Shown: in pieces, positions 23,067 to 36,324 of the stretch
Layout: every line of letters begins with the position of its first letter
Position numbering within the stretch: the stretch's first letter is position 1
From: Octopus bimaculoides
Taxonomy: Eukaryota
DNA length: 64,000 nt
Direction of reading: 5' to 3'
NCBI RefSeq assembly: GCF_001194135.2
Contig: NC_068989.1
Coordinates: 85,721,111 to 85,785,110, forward strand
The notes under the pieces: model-generated
Databases searched by the model: none
What the model saw: only the letters and a program-made list of their open reading frames with translations
Told to the model about the DNA's origin: nothing
Program-made: the position numbers and the translations under genes

Positions 23067-23944
23067 TTAAAATTTTAATTTCAATTTAACGAAATGCCAA
23101 AAACTTTATCCCCTCCATTCCGCTAAAACATGTGTATTTGTGCGTGTGTTGGACAGAGAGAGAGAGAAAGAGAAAAAAAAGACATGTAACCTCTCTCTCT
23201 CTCCAAATCCACAAGAAAAAAGTAAAAAAAAAAATTAATTAGTAAAAAACCGGAAAAAACTCAATCAAAAAACTCAAAACCATTCTGTAGAAGCGTTTTT
23301 CAGAAGAATCTCCCAAAACACCTTTGATACAAGACTGTCAATGGTAGTATGTGATTGATATACAATGACAGAGGTGATGTTTATAAAACATTGTCTTAGA
23401 GGTATTTTCAGTAAAAGCTAAGTTTGCTGTGGGGAATGACTTGCTAAATTATTTCATTGTTTATTTTCAAATGTTGTTTTTATGTTTTAGTAGTTGTTTT
23501 ATAAATACTTTACTTGCAGTTAACGTCTTTCTCTCTCTCCCACTCACTCTTTTAAACACAAATGGGGTTTAAAATTTACTACAGCTGTTTCGGTAGCATT
23601 TTATTGATGCATTCATAGATTACATCATAGCATAAATCCACCATCCCCAGATACAATTTTTAAACATATATAAACAAGCAAGGTGAAACTTCAAAAATGA
23701 CCTGTAATTTAAATGTTTACTTTCCAATACTCGCATGGGTCAGGCAAAGTTTGTTGAGGTGGTTTTTTCCACAGCTGAATACTCTTCCTGTTGCCAACCG
23801 TCACTTTTATTCCAAGTAAAATATTTCTCCATGAGCAGACATGTTTTTATAGGCAGTTGGAAATGGACACCACTTGTATAATGGTGACACTTGTTTATAA
23901 TTATCATGTGAATTCAAGGCAAGGAGACAGTAGAACAACCGCAC

Positions 23945-24005
<61 letters not shown>

Positions 24006-27000
24006 AAACAAGCTTCTTTCAGGTTCTGTCTACCAAATCCATCTCAAGGCTTTCATTAGCCCAGAACTATAGTAGAAGATACTAACCCCAAGATGTCATG
24101 AACCTGGAATTGTGTGGTTGGGAAACAAACCTCTTACCACACAGCCATGCCTGTACCTATATGTGGCACAGCTGGCTTCTCTCTCTCTCCACATACACAT
24201 ACAGAGAGTGCACCATGCTCCTTGGAGGAGAGAAACTCACATAAGAACTGATTCTGATTTTGACGACCCATTCAACACATGCCAGGATGAAAAGTGTATA
24301 TGCATATTGTGGTTTAATACAAGGTGACTCAACAGAAGAATTTAAGACATATTACATTTTTATCCCCTTTCTTTTCAGCAGTGATGTACAATGGGCTAGA
24401 TTATCCAACATTTGTGTTTTAAGACAGTCTGATGTGGTTTTAGAGTGATTTGGCTGCTATTTCCTTGATGGTTCAATATGTGTGTATAAGCCACAAGTAC
24501 AGTAAGCTTTACAAATGAGAAGAAAACGGGAGCTCAATACATCATCATTTACCATCCACTTTTCCCTGCTTGCATGGGTCAGATAAAATTTGTTGAGGCA
24601 GATTTTGTATAGCTGGATGCTCTTGTCAACCCTAACAAAGTAATATTTTCCTATGGTTAGACACGTTTTCTACAGAAGACTCGGAAGGAACAACATTGCA
24701 CAACCATCACATGATGTTTAGAGAAGGTTACACGCAAACAAACACATATACACTACAAGCTTCTTTCAGTTTCCAGCTGCTAGATCCACGCACACGGCTT
24801 AGGTTGGCATGAGGCTATATTAGAAGACACTTGCCCAAGGTGCTACGCAATGGAATTGAACTTAAGACCATATGGTGGGGAAGCAATCTTTTTAACCACA
24901 CAACCACACTTGGACCTGTTAATACATTTGATATCTATATTAGGATAGTAGAATCATAAGAACAGGAGAAAAAAGTGCTTTATAGTATTTCTTCACACAG
25001 GGGTTAATATTGCTTTTCATCCTTTCAGAATCAATAAAACAAAGTACCAGTGAAGTACTGGGGTTGATATAATCAACTTGTCCCCTTCCTTCAAAATTGT
25101 GTTGAAACAAGAAGCTTTTTTTTTCCTTTTTTGTTGAAGCTGAAAAACACCCTAGAAGTTACTCAGGAGCCCCAAGTTTCATGTGTAACACTTGTCAACC
25201 ATCGTAAATGACATCATGCCTAAATAAGGGGAAACAACTTTTTATACTCGGCCAATGAGAGCTTTTGTACTGCAGAGCAAACCTGTTTAAGAGGATAGTA
25301 ACTTTGACAAAGAATAATGTCTTGACACAGACAACCTCCATAGGGCCATTGGCATAAAATACAGTATACACTGTATGAGTTCACAGCAACAAAGTTAACC
25401 AGATTTTTTTAATATTGTGCGAAAGGCTGCAATGACTGACAAGACAATAATGAGATTCATCCAGACCATACCATCTAGGAAAAAGATGTAATATCATGAT
25501 GGTATGTTATGTAATGTACAACAGCAACAGGTACTGTGTAATGTATCATGTAATATATATTGAGTAATATATCAATCAAATGGTGCATCAGCATGGCCGC
25601 AGCTGTAAGCTGAAACTATAGAAAAAACAAATGCATATGTATACATTTATACATATATATATATATTTGATGTAGCCATTGGTTATGGCCAATCAGACAG
25701 TTACCATTGGTTTCACACCACCATATGCATGCACACATGTATATCATGACTCGTACTGTTCACTTTCCTGACTTTTGTACATAATTCTGTGTACTATACC
25801 TGCACCTTTGATGAGTTGTAGTGCACCTGAGCACTATACACAATAATTTCATTATCATTATTATTATTACGCACTTAACAATATCAGTGACTCATCAGAC
25901 CTGCTGGCTAGAGGTACATAACAAATATATATTAATCAGAGGCAAACTAAGCTGTGTTGAATGAAATATAGATATGTATAGTCATATCAGTCATATTTAA
26001 CACGTTCATGTACATATGGATATGGAAAGGTAATATGCTGTACCAGTTGTTATAAGAAGAAATTCTCCTTTTAGATAATATGGATGTAAGCACACCATTA
26101 GCCCAGCTATGTATACTGAGATCAGTATACATAGCTAGTGAAGTATAATGCAAAAATGCAGGTGTCTTATGGTTCAGTGAAGACATACACAGACATATAC
26201 ACACGCGGTATGTATTTATATACATGTATACAGTTATGTATGGTCATTAAAATACATTTTAAGCATTACTCAAGAATGCTTTGCATAACATCAACAAATC
26301 TACTATCACTGGATCTTTTTAGTTACATGATTTACAGATCACTTTCCTGACTGGTGGTGGTAGGCAGGCCCAGTTCAAAAGCATATCAACTGCGATCAAT
26401 ATCCTGTATATTTTTTCAGACATAATGTATCTAGGACAACAGCAATCTAATGAGTCCTCCTTTTATTAAGATGGCAAGGTGTGATTTAATTGTTATTTCT
26501 AGCTGGTCAAGTGACCAGAGATTTTTTTTTCACTAGCTCATGGTATATACATTTATATATATATGTATGCATGTATGTGTGGTTGTTGGTTGTTTAACCT
26601 CAGACTACCTCTGATCAAGATGACTTTAGTTGAAGAATGTTCCTTCCATGGTCAGACTGTAGTCTAGGACCACATTAATCCCTTCTTTTATAAGGACAGT
26701 GTGAGTTGAAAGAGATTTGCGTTGCTATTTCTAAAAGATTAAGCAAACAACTGCACAGAGGCTTCTCCCCGTGGCAGCTGCTAGAGTTTTATCAGCCTGT
26801 TTGTAAAGTTATCTAGTCTTTCTGATAATTTTCATTTTCATAATATGTTATCAACTGTTTTCTGTTGGAAAATATTAAATTTGTCAACCAAACAGACTTT
26901 CTTCTCTCCACTGATTAGGAGGATTCTGTAATCATTTTCTCTATGGCAGCATTATCTTTCAGAAATCAAATATATTTAGATGTTATATTTTTCTTTCCTG

Positions 27001-27223
27001 TGTTTACGAAAGAAGGTACAGTGTGTTTTAACATTTGAATGTTTTCCACTACTTTTTTTTCTTTCTTCTTTACCATTATTTCTCATGTGATGTTATCTTG
27101 GCACTGAACCATTCCTTATTAAGTTGATAGGGGTCAGTGTTCTTGAAATTACATCTCAGTTCTCAAATACACAGCAAAGATTGGAACCAATCTTAAATCT
27201 TTCCTACGTTAAAGCAACTTACC

Positions 27224-28321
27224 TCAAAATCCACATTCTACCTGATTCCAATCAGTATGTGTTTTTTTATGATGACAAAGGCCATCATAGAGGAAGAATT
27301 TCTGTCCACAAATTTCACAACTGTAGGATTTCTCTTCTGTATGAATACGTCTATGGTTAGATAAAGTCTTTTTACGAGAAAATGCCTTATCACAAATATC
27401 ACAACGGAATGGCTTCTCACCAGTGTGAATTAGCATGTGGGAAAGTAGCAGACGGTTTTGTGAAAACGATTTGCCACATATTGTACAGGGGAAAGGTTTC
27501 TCAGCAACATGAGTAAATTTGTGACCACGAAACCCACTTTTGTCTGAGAATGCTCTACCACAGATTTCACATACATATGGTTTTTCTCCAGTGTGAATGC
27601 GTACATGAATAGATAAATGATTGTTTCTATAGAATTCTTTCCCACAAATCTCACATCGGTGTGGCTTTATTCCAGTATGGGTCAGTTTGTGCCTCATCAA
27701 ATTGTAATTGTTGGCAAATACTTTCCCACATGTTTCACAATGGTAGGGTTTCTCCCCACTGTGAGTTAATTTGTGGGCAGACAAGCCACTTTTTCTAGAG
27801 AATGATTTAGCACAAATATCACAACTGTATGGCCTCTCTCCAGTGTGTGTCCGCACATGAATAGATAAGTGACCGTTTCGAAAGAATCTTTTCCCACAAA
27901 TTTCACAATGGTATGGCTTCTCCCCTGTGTGAACATGTTGGTGAGAATTTAATGAACTATTTTCAGAGAAAGTTTTATTACAAATTTCACAATGATAAGG
28001 TTTCTCACCAGTGTGAATACGCTCATGAATGGCCAATTTGCTCTTGCGAGCAAAGGCTTTATCACAAATTTCACAAGTGTAAGGCTTCTCCCCTGTATGA
28101 GCACGTATGTGGTAGGACAACTGGCTCTTCCAGACAAATGTTTTATCACAAATTTCACAAGAGAATGTCTTTTCTTTCGAATGGCTGTGTTTGTGATGGA
28201 GGTAAGACCTTTTCAGAGAGAATATTTTATCACATATTTCACAATGAAATAATCTTTCTGTATTATGATTCTGTTGATGAACTGAAAAGTCCTTATTTGG
28301 TGATGATATTGTATCACACAT
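27224..28321 (-). CDS. ZF1: C2H2 zinc-finger protein, 365 aa, 12 tandem fingers, single coding exon
   Basis: Uninterrupted ORF with 12 C-x2-C-x12-H-x3-H units and mostly TGEKP-type linkers; no effector domain recognised. Confidence 0.95.
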   Translation of the reverse strand: MCDTISSPNKDFSVHQQNHNTERLFHCEICDKIFSLKRSYLHHKHSHSKEKTFSCEICDKTFVWKSQLSYHIRAHTGEKPYTCEICDKAFARKSKLAIHERIHTGEKPYHCEICNKTFSENSSLNSHQHVHTGEKPYHCEICGKRFFRNGHLSIHVRTHTGERPYSCDICAKSFSRKSGLSAHKLTHSGEKPYHCETCGKVFANNYNLMRHKLTHTGIKPHRCEICGKEFYRNNHLSIHVRIHTGEKPYVCEICGRAFSDKSGFRGHKFTHVAEKPFPCTICGKSFSQNRLLLSHMLIHTGEKPFRCDICDKAFSRKKTLSNHRRIHTEEKSYSCEICGQKFFLYDGLCHHKKTHTDWNQVECGF

Positions 28322-28655
28322 TTCCCTATGGAGGGTGACCAGTTATGGAATTCAGCAAAGCCAGCAAAATTACTGAAAATCTGAATAACTGTGGATTTGG
28401 ACAATAAAATATTTTGAGGATGTTTCTTTAACTTTTACACTTGTTCAGTTACCACTTAGATGCTTTCCATGAAGTAAACTCAGAATGTGAGTCACTCAGA
28501 GTATGAGTCACTTAGAATCACACATATATTCATTGAGTGTACAGTACACACTAAGAGTTGGCATTATAACATTCTCATTTAAAACTCACTCAAAGAAAGA
28601 CAACATTGTACTTCGATACCTCTTCAATCTGTGATTCAATGTCCATTCTTAATTC

Positions 28656-28675
28656 CTACAAAAGAAGACAAACAA
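28656..28675 (-). promoter_or_regulatory. Putative splice acceptor of the ZF1 coding exon (exon starts 28655)
   Basis: Minus strand GTTTGTCTTCTTTTGTAG|GAATT; homologous to the ZF2 acceptor TTTCTATTGTAG|GAACT. Confidence 0.6.
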
Positions 28676-29287
28676 AATAAAGTCATCATCGTAAAACTGT
28701 TGACAATAAACTATTACAAAACGGATAATAAATTTGTTATCAAGCTAATTTTGGCAACAGAACCAAGTACAAAGTAAAGTGGCACCTTAGAACCCCTAAA
28801 AAATATTTTAAAACATCTTGAAATGAAATAGACAATGATAGATATCATATTGACAAAATCCTCCGAATATGACTGGTATCTCTTATATTAACACTACACC
28901 ATCACTGTCTCACAATAGTAAAAAAGATTAAGAGACAAGAGAGCCTCTGCATGGTCACTCAACTGCTAGAAATAGCAGCAAAAAATCCCTTAAATCACAC
29001 CTTATCGTATTAAAAAAAAGAGAAAGATATTAAATAATGTGCAGTGTATTCCTATACAACTTACGTATGTTGTCATTGTTTAGTTAGCCTTGGTTGAGCA
29101 GATCTATATTCAAAAGTATTCTCACTGTAACCATCAAATATAGTTTATCTCAGACTATTGGACAATGAATCCGAAATCCCACCCCCACTTTTTTTATAAG
29201 GTAGTTCTGTCTGATTTGAGATATTTGGCAAGATGAGCTACCACAAAGAGGTTCTCGTTGGCTCGTGTTTAGAGATATATATGGGTG

Positions 29288-29431
29288 CAGTGGTGTAGCT
29301 AGGGCACGTGTCGTCGGGGCAGGCCTTGAGTTTGCCCTCCTTCCATACAGGCTTATACAACAACCCAAAAAGTGCCGCTCCCATGAGTGCATCGCCTGGG
29401 GCGGACCAGCCCCCTCCTTGCTACGTTACTG
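29288..29431. mobile_element. 144-bp GC-rich MITE
   Basis: Imperfect TIRs CAGTGGTGTAGCTAGG / reverse complement CAGTAACGTAGCAAGG, flanked by TG on both sides; superfamily not assigned. Confidence 0.55.
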
Positions 29432-30563
29432 TGTGGGTGTGTACATAGCTATAGCTGGGTGACCGGCAAGGAATGCATTGTATTGCATTGCTCTCGATCA
29501 GATCAAACAAAGATGAAAAATTTAAAAAGTTACTGTATAATTTACAACTGTTCCGATGTATCAATGGTGTGTATTTGTTTATATGCTTATTGTTCTTATA
29601 GCACTCATACGGGAGACCTATACTGAAAGACACCCGAGTTGTGACCATCCCATCTGTTTTTCTTTCGATACGTAGTGATAAGATAACGTTATCTTATATA
29701 TATCTTTTCTTCATTTATGGTGGTCAAGCAAGCAACTGACCCGCTTTCGTGAATTACATATTGTTATACCATGATAAATTATATGCTTGTTATTAAGCGA
29801 CACGTCGGACTTCACCCGTGAATGATCATCGTCGATTTTTTTTTCTTTTAAAGACGTTGTGATTTAGCTGCTTTTTCCAGCATGTTGGTGCTTCCTTTTT
29901 GGAAAATAGATGTTAGAACGACAGAGAGAGACATTTTAGCATGTCACTGTGGAGATGTTTGCTACATTTGTTGTGAAAATAGCAGAAAGGTGTTTTTTAC
30001 CCACTTTCTCTAGGTTGGAATAAAAACCATACCAGTCACAAAACATATATTTTCAAATATATGTTTCCATATTCGTTTTCTACACATTTTTTACAGCTAG
30101 TAGGCTGGTTCTTGTATTGTTTTCGTGATCGGGGCTTAAACTGTATATTGACCACATAATATTAGTCATCATTTAGACAATCTATTTAATGAATTTCTTG
30201 AAAATTTTCAGATTAAGATCTATGGTTGGAAGAAAACGAAAAAGATCCAGGAGATATTCTTAGGATTAAAAACGCAAATATTCAGTTCACAAGAAAGGTG
30301 GTCTTTATCATTATTAATTCATTATATTTAGTCGTCTAATGTTCAGTGATACTCGCCGGGTTTTTGTGAGTGTTGGTCACACACACCTAATATATACATA
30401 TATAATGTGACACCTTCAAGTAATAAAACTGGAAAATTATTTCATCGATCGATTTTATCGCTTTGGAAGACAAAAGATGCCGTAAATAAAGCAAACAATC
30501 CAAAAGCAAGGAAACCCGAATTTAGTGTAAAGAGAACAAATGTTTGTCAACAAGATTAAATAT

Positions 30564-30762
30564 AACAATGAAATACTCACAGAACTAACATGAAAAGAGA
30601 CAGAGGTGTGAATAGATGAAGAAGAATAGTTGGTTTTAATTTAACCGACGTCGTTTTTCTACATTTGTAATTTCAATAAAAGTTCCCTTGGGATCTCTGG
30701 TAATTAAGAGGACGGCGAGGTTTGTAACTTCTATAATTGACAGAGAGGGGAGATAACTACAG
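30564..30762 (-). promoter_or_regulatory. Putative promoter and non-coding first exon of ZF1 (donor GT at 30580-30579)
   Basis: Four blocks shared with 61760-62023, including minus-strand TTCT|GTGAGTATTTCATTGTT and GACAGAGAGGGGAGATAACTACAG. Confidence 0.65.
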
Positions 30763-30931
30763 GGGTACTCCTAAGATAAGAAAAACAGTTCATGTGATGG
30801 ATGAGTTTAATTCAGAATAGAATGGGATTGTAAGAAAGAGTTTAATGTAACAGATGAAAGAAAAGGGAGTGAGGGATGATGACAATTGGATCAATAAATC
30901 GATATGGAAGAAAAAAGTCTACAAAGAAAAT

Positions 30932-32017
30932 AGAATTGGTTTAGAAAAAGAAAAAAAGTTGCAAAAATAAATAGAGTTAAATTGAGATTCCTGGTAAATA
31001 AGTTCAAACAGCAGGAGTCCAAATTGAGCTAAATTGCATTCAATTCAATTACTCTGCCATTGTTATTTGCCCATAAGGTGCAGGTGGGGGTTGTGTGGTT
31101 AGGAAGCTTGCTTCCTAATCTTGTGGTCTCTGGTTTAGTCAGAGTGTACAACACCTTGAGCAGGTGTCTTCTACTATCACCTCAGGTTGACCAAAGCCTT
31201 GTGAGTGGATTTGGTAGACAGANNNNNNNNNNNNNNNNNNNNNNNNNNNNNNNNNNNNNNNNNNNNNNNNNNNNNNNNNNNNNNNNNNNNNNNNNNNNNN
31301 NNNNNNNNNNNNNNNNNNNNNNNNNNNNNNNNNNNNNNNNNNNNNNNNNNNNNNNNNNNNNNNNNNNNNNNNNNNNNNNNNNNNNNNNNNNNNNNNNNNN
31401 NNNNNNNNNNNNNNNNNNNNNNNNNNNNNNNNNNNNNNNNNNNNNNNNNNNNNNNNNNNNNNNNNNNNNNNNNNNNNNNNNNNNNNNNNNNNNNNNNNNN
31501 NNNNNNNNNNNNNNNNNNNNNNNNNNNNNNNNNNNNNNNNNNNNNNNNNNNNNNNNNNNNNNNNNNNNNNNNNNNNNNNNNNNNNNNNNNNNNNNNNNNN
31601 NNNNNNNNNNNNNNNNNNNNNNNNNNNNNNNNNNNNNNNNNNNNNNNNNNNNNNNNNNNNNNNNNNNNNNNNNNNNNNNNNNNNNNNNNNNNNNNNNNNN
31701 NNNNNNNNNNNNNNNNNNNNNNNNNNNNNNNNNNNNNNNNNNNNNNNNNNNATGTGGAAGTCTTTGTGTGTGTGTGTATGTGTGTATATATATATATGTA
31801 TATTCTTTTATTCTTTTACTTGTTTCAGTCATTTCACTGTGGCCATGCTGGAGCACCGCCTTTACTCGAGCAAATCAATCCCAGGACTTATTCTTTGTAA
31901 GCCCAGTACTTATTCTATCAGTCTGTTTTGCCGAACCACTAAGTTATGGGGATATAAACACACCAGCACTGGTTGTCAAACTATGTTGGGGGGTCAAACA
32001 CAGACACACAAACATAT

Positions 32018-32048
<31 letters not shown>

Positions 32049-32684
32049 CATGCACACACACAAAATTCAGTAGGGCATTAAAATACCACTTGCTATAAAC
32101 AGAGTTATCACTCTAAAACAGTAAGCCTATTTTCATTACATTTGTTGCATTTGCCGTATGTATTTTAATGGTGATTAATTTGCAGTTTCAGAGCGACAGC
32201 TCTGTTTATATATAGTGATATTTTAATGCCCTTCTGAATTTTGATTATATTTTACCTATAAAGGTGTATACTTGCTAGCCACTTTATTATTATCAATATT
32301 ATTATCAATAATGGTAATGATACCTATTAGGTGCAGAAGTGGCTGGGTGGCAAGTAGTTTGCTTGCCAACCACATGGCTCCAGGTTCAGTCCCCCAAGTG
32401 TCTAAGAGATTGGAAAATTTTTTAAATAATACCAAACAGGTGATAGTAGAAGACACCTGCTCAAGGTGTTGTACACTGTGACTAAGCCAGAGACCACAAG
32501 ATTAGGAAGCAAACTTCTTAACCACACAACCCCCACCTGCACCTTATGGGCAAATAACAATGGCAGAGTAATTGAATTGAATACAATTTAGCTCAATTTG
32601 GACTCCTGCTGTTTGAACTTATTTACCAGGAATCTCAATTTAATTCTATTTATTTTTGCAACTTTTCTTTTTCTAAACCATTCT
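30932..32684. repeat. Inverted duplication, arms 30932-31182 and 32438-32684
   Basis: The arms are reverse complements with only a few substitutions and indels, and include ~140 bp of non-SINE sequence. Confidence 0.85.
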
Positions 32685-33109
32685 CTTCCTAGCCTCTACA
32701 ACTGACACAAGCCTTGTTACTAACATTCTCTTAACATTGTAAAACAACAGACTGCCACATCCTTTGTTTGCTGTTCCTAACAACGAATTGTGGTGGATAA
32801 ATAAAATCTAAGAAATAACTTTTTACTTTTGTTGACTAATTTGGTGTGTATCACACTGCCCCACAAAATTTAGATAATCTGCTATCAATATTGATAAACA
32901 CTGCATTTATTGCATCTGTCACTAACATATATCTGACACACACACACAAATGTATGTAACAAAACAGAAGAATACAGTTCTATATTTAAGAGATGAGGAA
33001 TTATTTACATTATTTACATCACCGCCATGCACTTACATGCCACATGCACACACACACACACACATACACCATCACCACCATGCACTTACATGCCACATGC
33101 ACACACAAT

Positions 33110-33148
<39 letters not shown>

Positions 33149-34996
33149 TGGTCATGAGAAATATTAGTTTGCTTGGAAATGGGTAAGTGTTGGTGATAGG
33201 AAGGGCATCCAACTGTAGAAAATATGCTTCAGCAAATTCCATCTGACCCACACAAGCATGGAAAACTGAACATCAAATGTGAATGTGATAATGATGATGA
33301 AATATATACACATATATATAATTTGATAATTGGACAGTCCAGTGTGGGGACGGGAGAAGGGATGATCAGTGTAAGTTGTGGGTGTTGAGAACAACATTAA
33401 TGGATGTAGAATGGCTAAGTTAGATGGTTCTAGATAACAAGAAAGAAAAACTGGTATCAGGAGTAGTGGGGGACAATGGGAGAGATGTGGGGTGTGTGAT
33501 ATGAAAGAGGGAACTGGGTAAAGTACCCAATTGTACACATATATATAATATAAGCACACACAATAATTCCAGAAGTCAGTTTTGCAATGATGGCTGGAAC
33601 TTCTTGGGGACTAGATATCACCAGACATCCAGGTTCATCATCTCATCTGCGAGGCTCAAGGTCCTGAGGTCAATGCTTACCACTTATCCTATATTTTCAT
33701 GGGTCTCCCTCATCCACAAGCACCAGCCATATTCAGTGATTAACACTTCTTTATAAAGCTGTCCTCGTCCATATGCCCTTACAAGCACAGTCTTCTTTCT
33801 TGCACAACACATTTAATTCTTCTTATGCTTACTTTTTCTCTCTGAACATTTATACTATGTCACTTATACACACATTGCATTTCTTCAAAGTTTCATTTTG
33901 TCTTTAAAAGGCTCGATATTGCCTGATGAAATGGTATGGTCACATAATAATGTAAAGTTACATAATATCATGTAATATTATGCATTAGTGAAGGTGGTGA
34001 GTTGGTAGAATCGTTAGCATGATGACCAAAACACTTAGCAGCAATTCCTGTCTTTATGTTCTGAGTTCAAATTCCGCCAAGGTCAACTTTACCTTTCATC
34101 CTTTTGGGGCCTATAAAACAAGTACTGGTTGAGCACTGGGTTCAATATAATTGACTGGATTCCTACCCCCAAATTGCTGGCATTGTGCCAAAATTTGAAG
34201 CCAATTATTGAATAAGTGACTATACTAAGGAAATGCATATAGCAAAAATCTGAGGTGTCTATTCTTGTTCTTTTCCTATAATATACACCAATAATATGTG
34301 CAGTGTTTTGATGTTATGTAAATGGATTTACAGAATACTAAAGATCATTATACGTCAGTTTAGTGTTGCAGTGACTGCTATATTGACTGGTTAATTGATT
34401 GCAAGTATTTATGTATTCTTTTTGAGTATCCTGTTATATATTGGAATGCTACTAAGCTGCCAGAATCATTTAATACACACATATATGCATATATATACAG
34501 ATATACATATAGATATATCTATACCTACATACACACATACACCAGCATAGGACACAGATATTGAATGATGATGACAATTACATATATATGTATGTATGTG
34601 TGTACCTACCTACGTATCTAAACAGTCAATAACTACATGCTTGAACTAGTACAAGAGGTTTTTAAGCCACTTGATCTGCTAAATCACACGCCATGCATCT
34701 TTTGAAGAGACACACTGGATAATATAGTCCTAGATACATGAACCCCTGTTGGACATGGTTGTTTCTTTATCTGCGTCTGCATGCACAGGCCTAGGCAAGG
34801 CTTTATCGTGGAAGACTGCTAGTTTCCCATTCATGTAAGTCTATCTTTTCCACACTATCACTGTTCTCCAAGGGAAAGATCCATTTTAGGTAGATTTCTG
34901 AATAAAAGATGGGATGGTCACTATTAAAACATCTTTGATGATAGTGTAATTTTTATTTTCTTCACTTGTAATTACTTGCATTCACACATCAAACTT

Positions 34997-35630
34997 CATC
35001 ATCATCATCATCATCGTTTAACGTCCGCTTTCCATGCTAGCATGGGTTGGACGATTTGACTGAGGACTGGTGGAGCCCGAAGGCTACACCAGGCTCCAAT
35101 CTGATATGGCAGAGTTTCTACAGCTGGATACCCTTCCTAATGCCAACCACTCCGAGAGTGTAGTGGGTGCTCTTATGTGCCACCGGCACGAAGGCCAGTC
35201 AGGCGGTACTGGCAACGGCCACACTCAAAATGGTGTATTTTATGTGCCACCCGCACAAGAGCCAGTCCAGGGGCAGTGGCAATGATCTCGCTCGAAAGTC
35301 CTTACACATGCTACGGGCACAAGTGCCAGAAAGGCGACGCTGGGCACAGGTGCCATCACGATTTTGCTTTTGCTTGCCCCAACAGGTCTTCGCAAGCTGA
35401 GTTACATGTCCAATGAAGGAGACGACGTTGGCATNNNNNNNNNNTTACACATGCTACGGGCACAAGTGCCAGAAAGGCGACGCTGGGCACAGGTGCCATC
35501 ACGATTTTGCTTTCGCTTGCCCCAACAGGTCTTCGCAAGCTGAGTTACATGTCCAATGAAGGAGACGACGTTGGCATGGGTGTCAGTCGTCGAATTTAGT
35601 TCGGTTTCGATTTCACTTGCCTCAACACGT
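34997..35630 (-). mobile_element. Long, young-looking SINE family C copy
   Basis: (CAT)n-CGTTTAACGTCCGCTTTCCATGCTAGCATGGG...; CpGs retained; contains a 10-N gap with duplicated flanks. Confidence 0.75.
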
Positions 35631-36324
35631 CTTCAAATGATACAAGTTCAATCTCTGGGTACATAGCTAAGTTGGTACCTTTATTCAGTCTACTAAACAT
35701 CTAAAAAGAAAAATATATGCAAAAACAGCAAAATAAATTATTTTTGTTTCATTTCTTGGGTAATGTTTAATAATGATTCCTTTTTCTGTTTAAATTGTTT
35801 TTTTCTCATTCTCTGCTTTGCTTATTCACCATCATCCTGATCAATTATTGCCCACATTCCATACAGGCATGGGGTGGATGATTTGACACGAGCTGATGTG
35901 TCCAAGGACTGCATCATGCTCCAGTGTCTGCTTTGGCATGGTTTCTATGGCTTGATGCCCTTCCTAATGCCAACCACTTTACAGCATGGACTGGGTACTT
36001 TCTTGTGTGCTAGCAGCACTATTATGGTCACCATGCAAGACTATGAACCCTGAGAGAGAGTGGGAGGGATCAGCTTTATGCCAGGCAACAAGAGTTAAAG
36101 TATGAGAGAAGGTGGCAAGTTCTTGCAAAGAAAGTGTATGGCTATTCACATTTAGATGAGAGGGTGGGAATGATGAGCAGGAACTACAAAGAGATATATA
36201 GTGATGATCGATTTCCAATTTCAGATTAAAATTGTGGATATATTTTTTAAAATATATGAAAAACTGAAATTACATCATGGAAGAGCCATTTTAGCTTTTT
36301 AAAATCCACCACCACTGCATTCAA

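Noticed and set aside
27124-28404. Alternative-frame and antisense ORFs over ZF1 (similarly 42037-43335 over ZF2)
   Set aside because: Shadow ORFs of repetitive zinc-finger codons, with no independent protein features.
35302-35577. 133-bp direct duplication
   Set aside because: The copies abut a 10-N gap and differ by about one base; typical overlapping contig ends.
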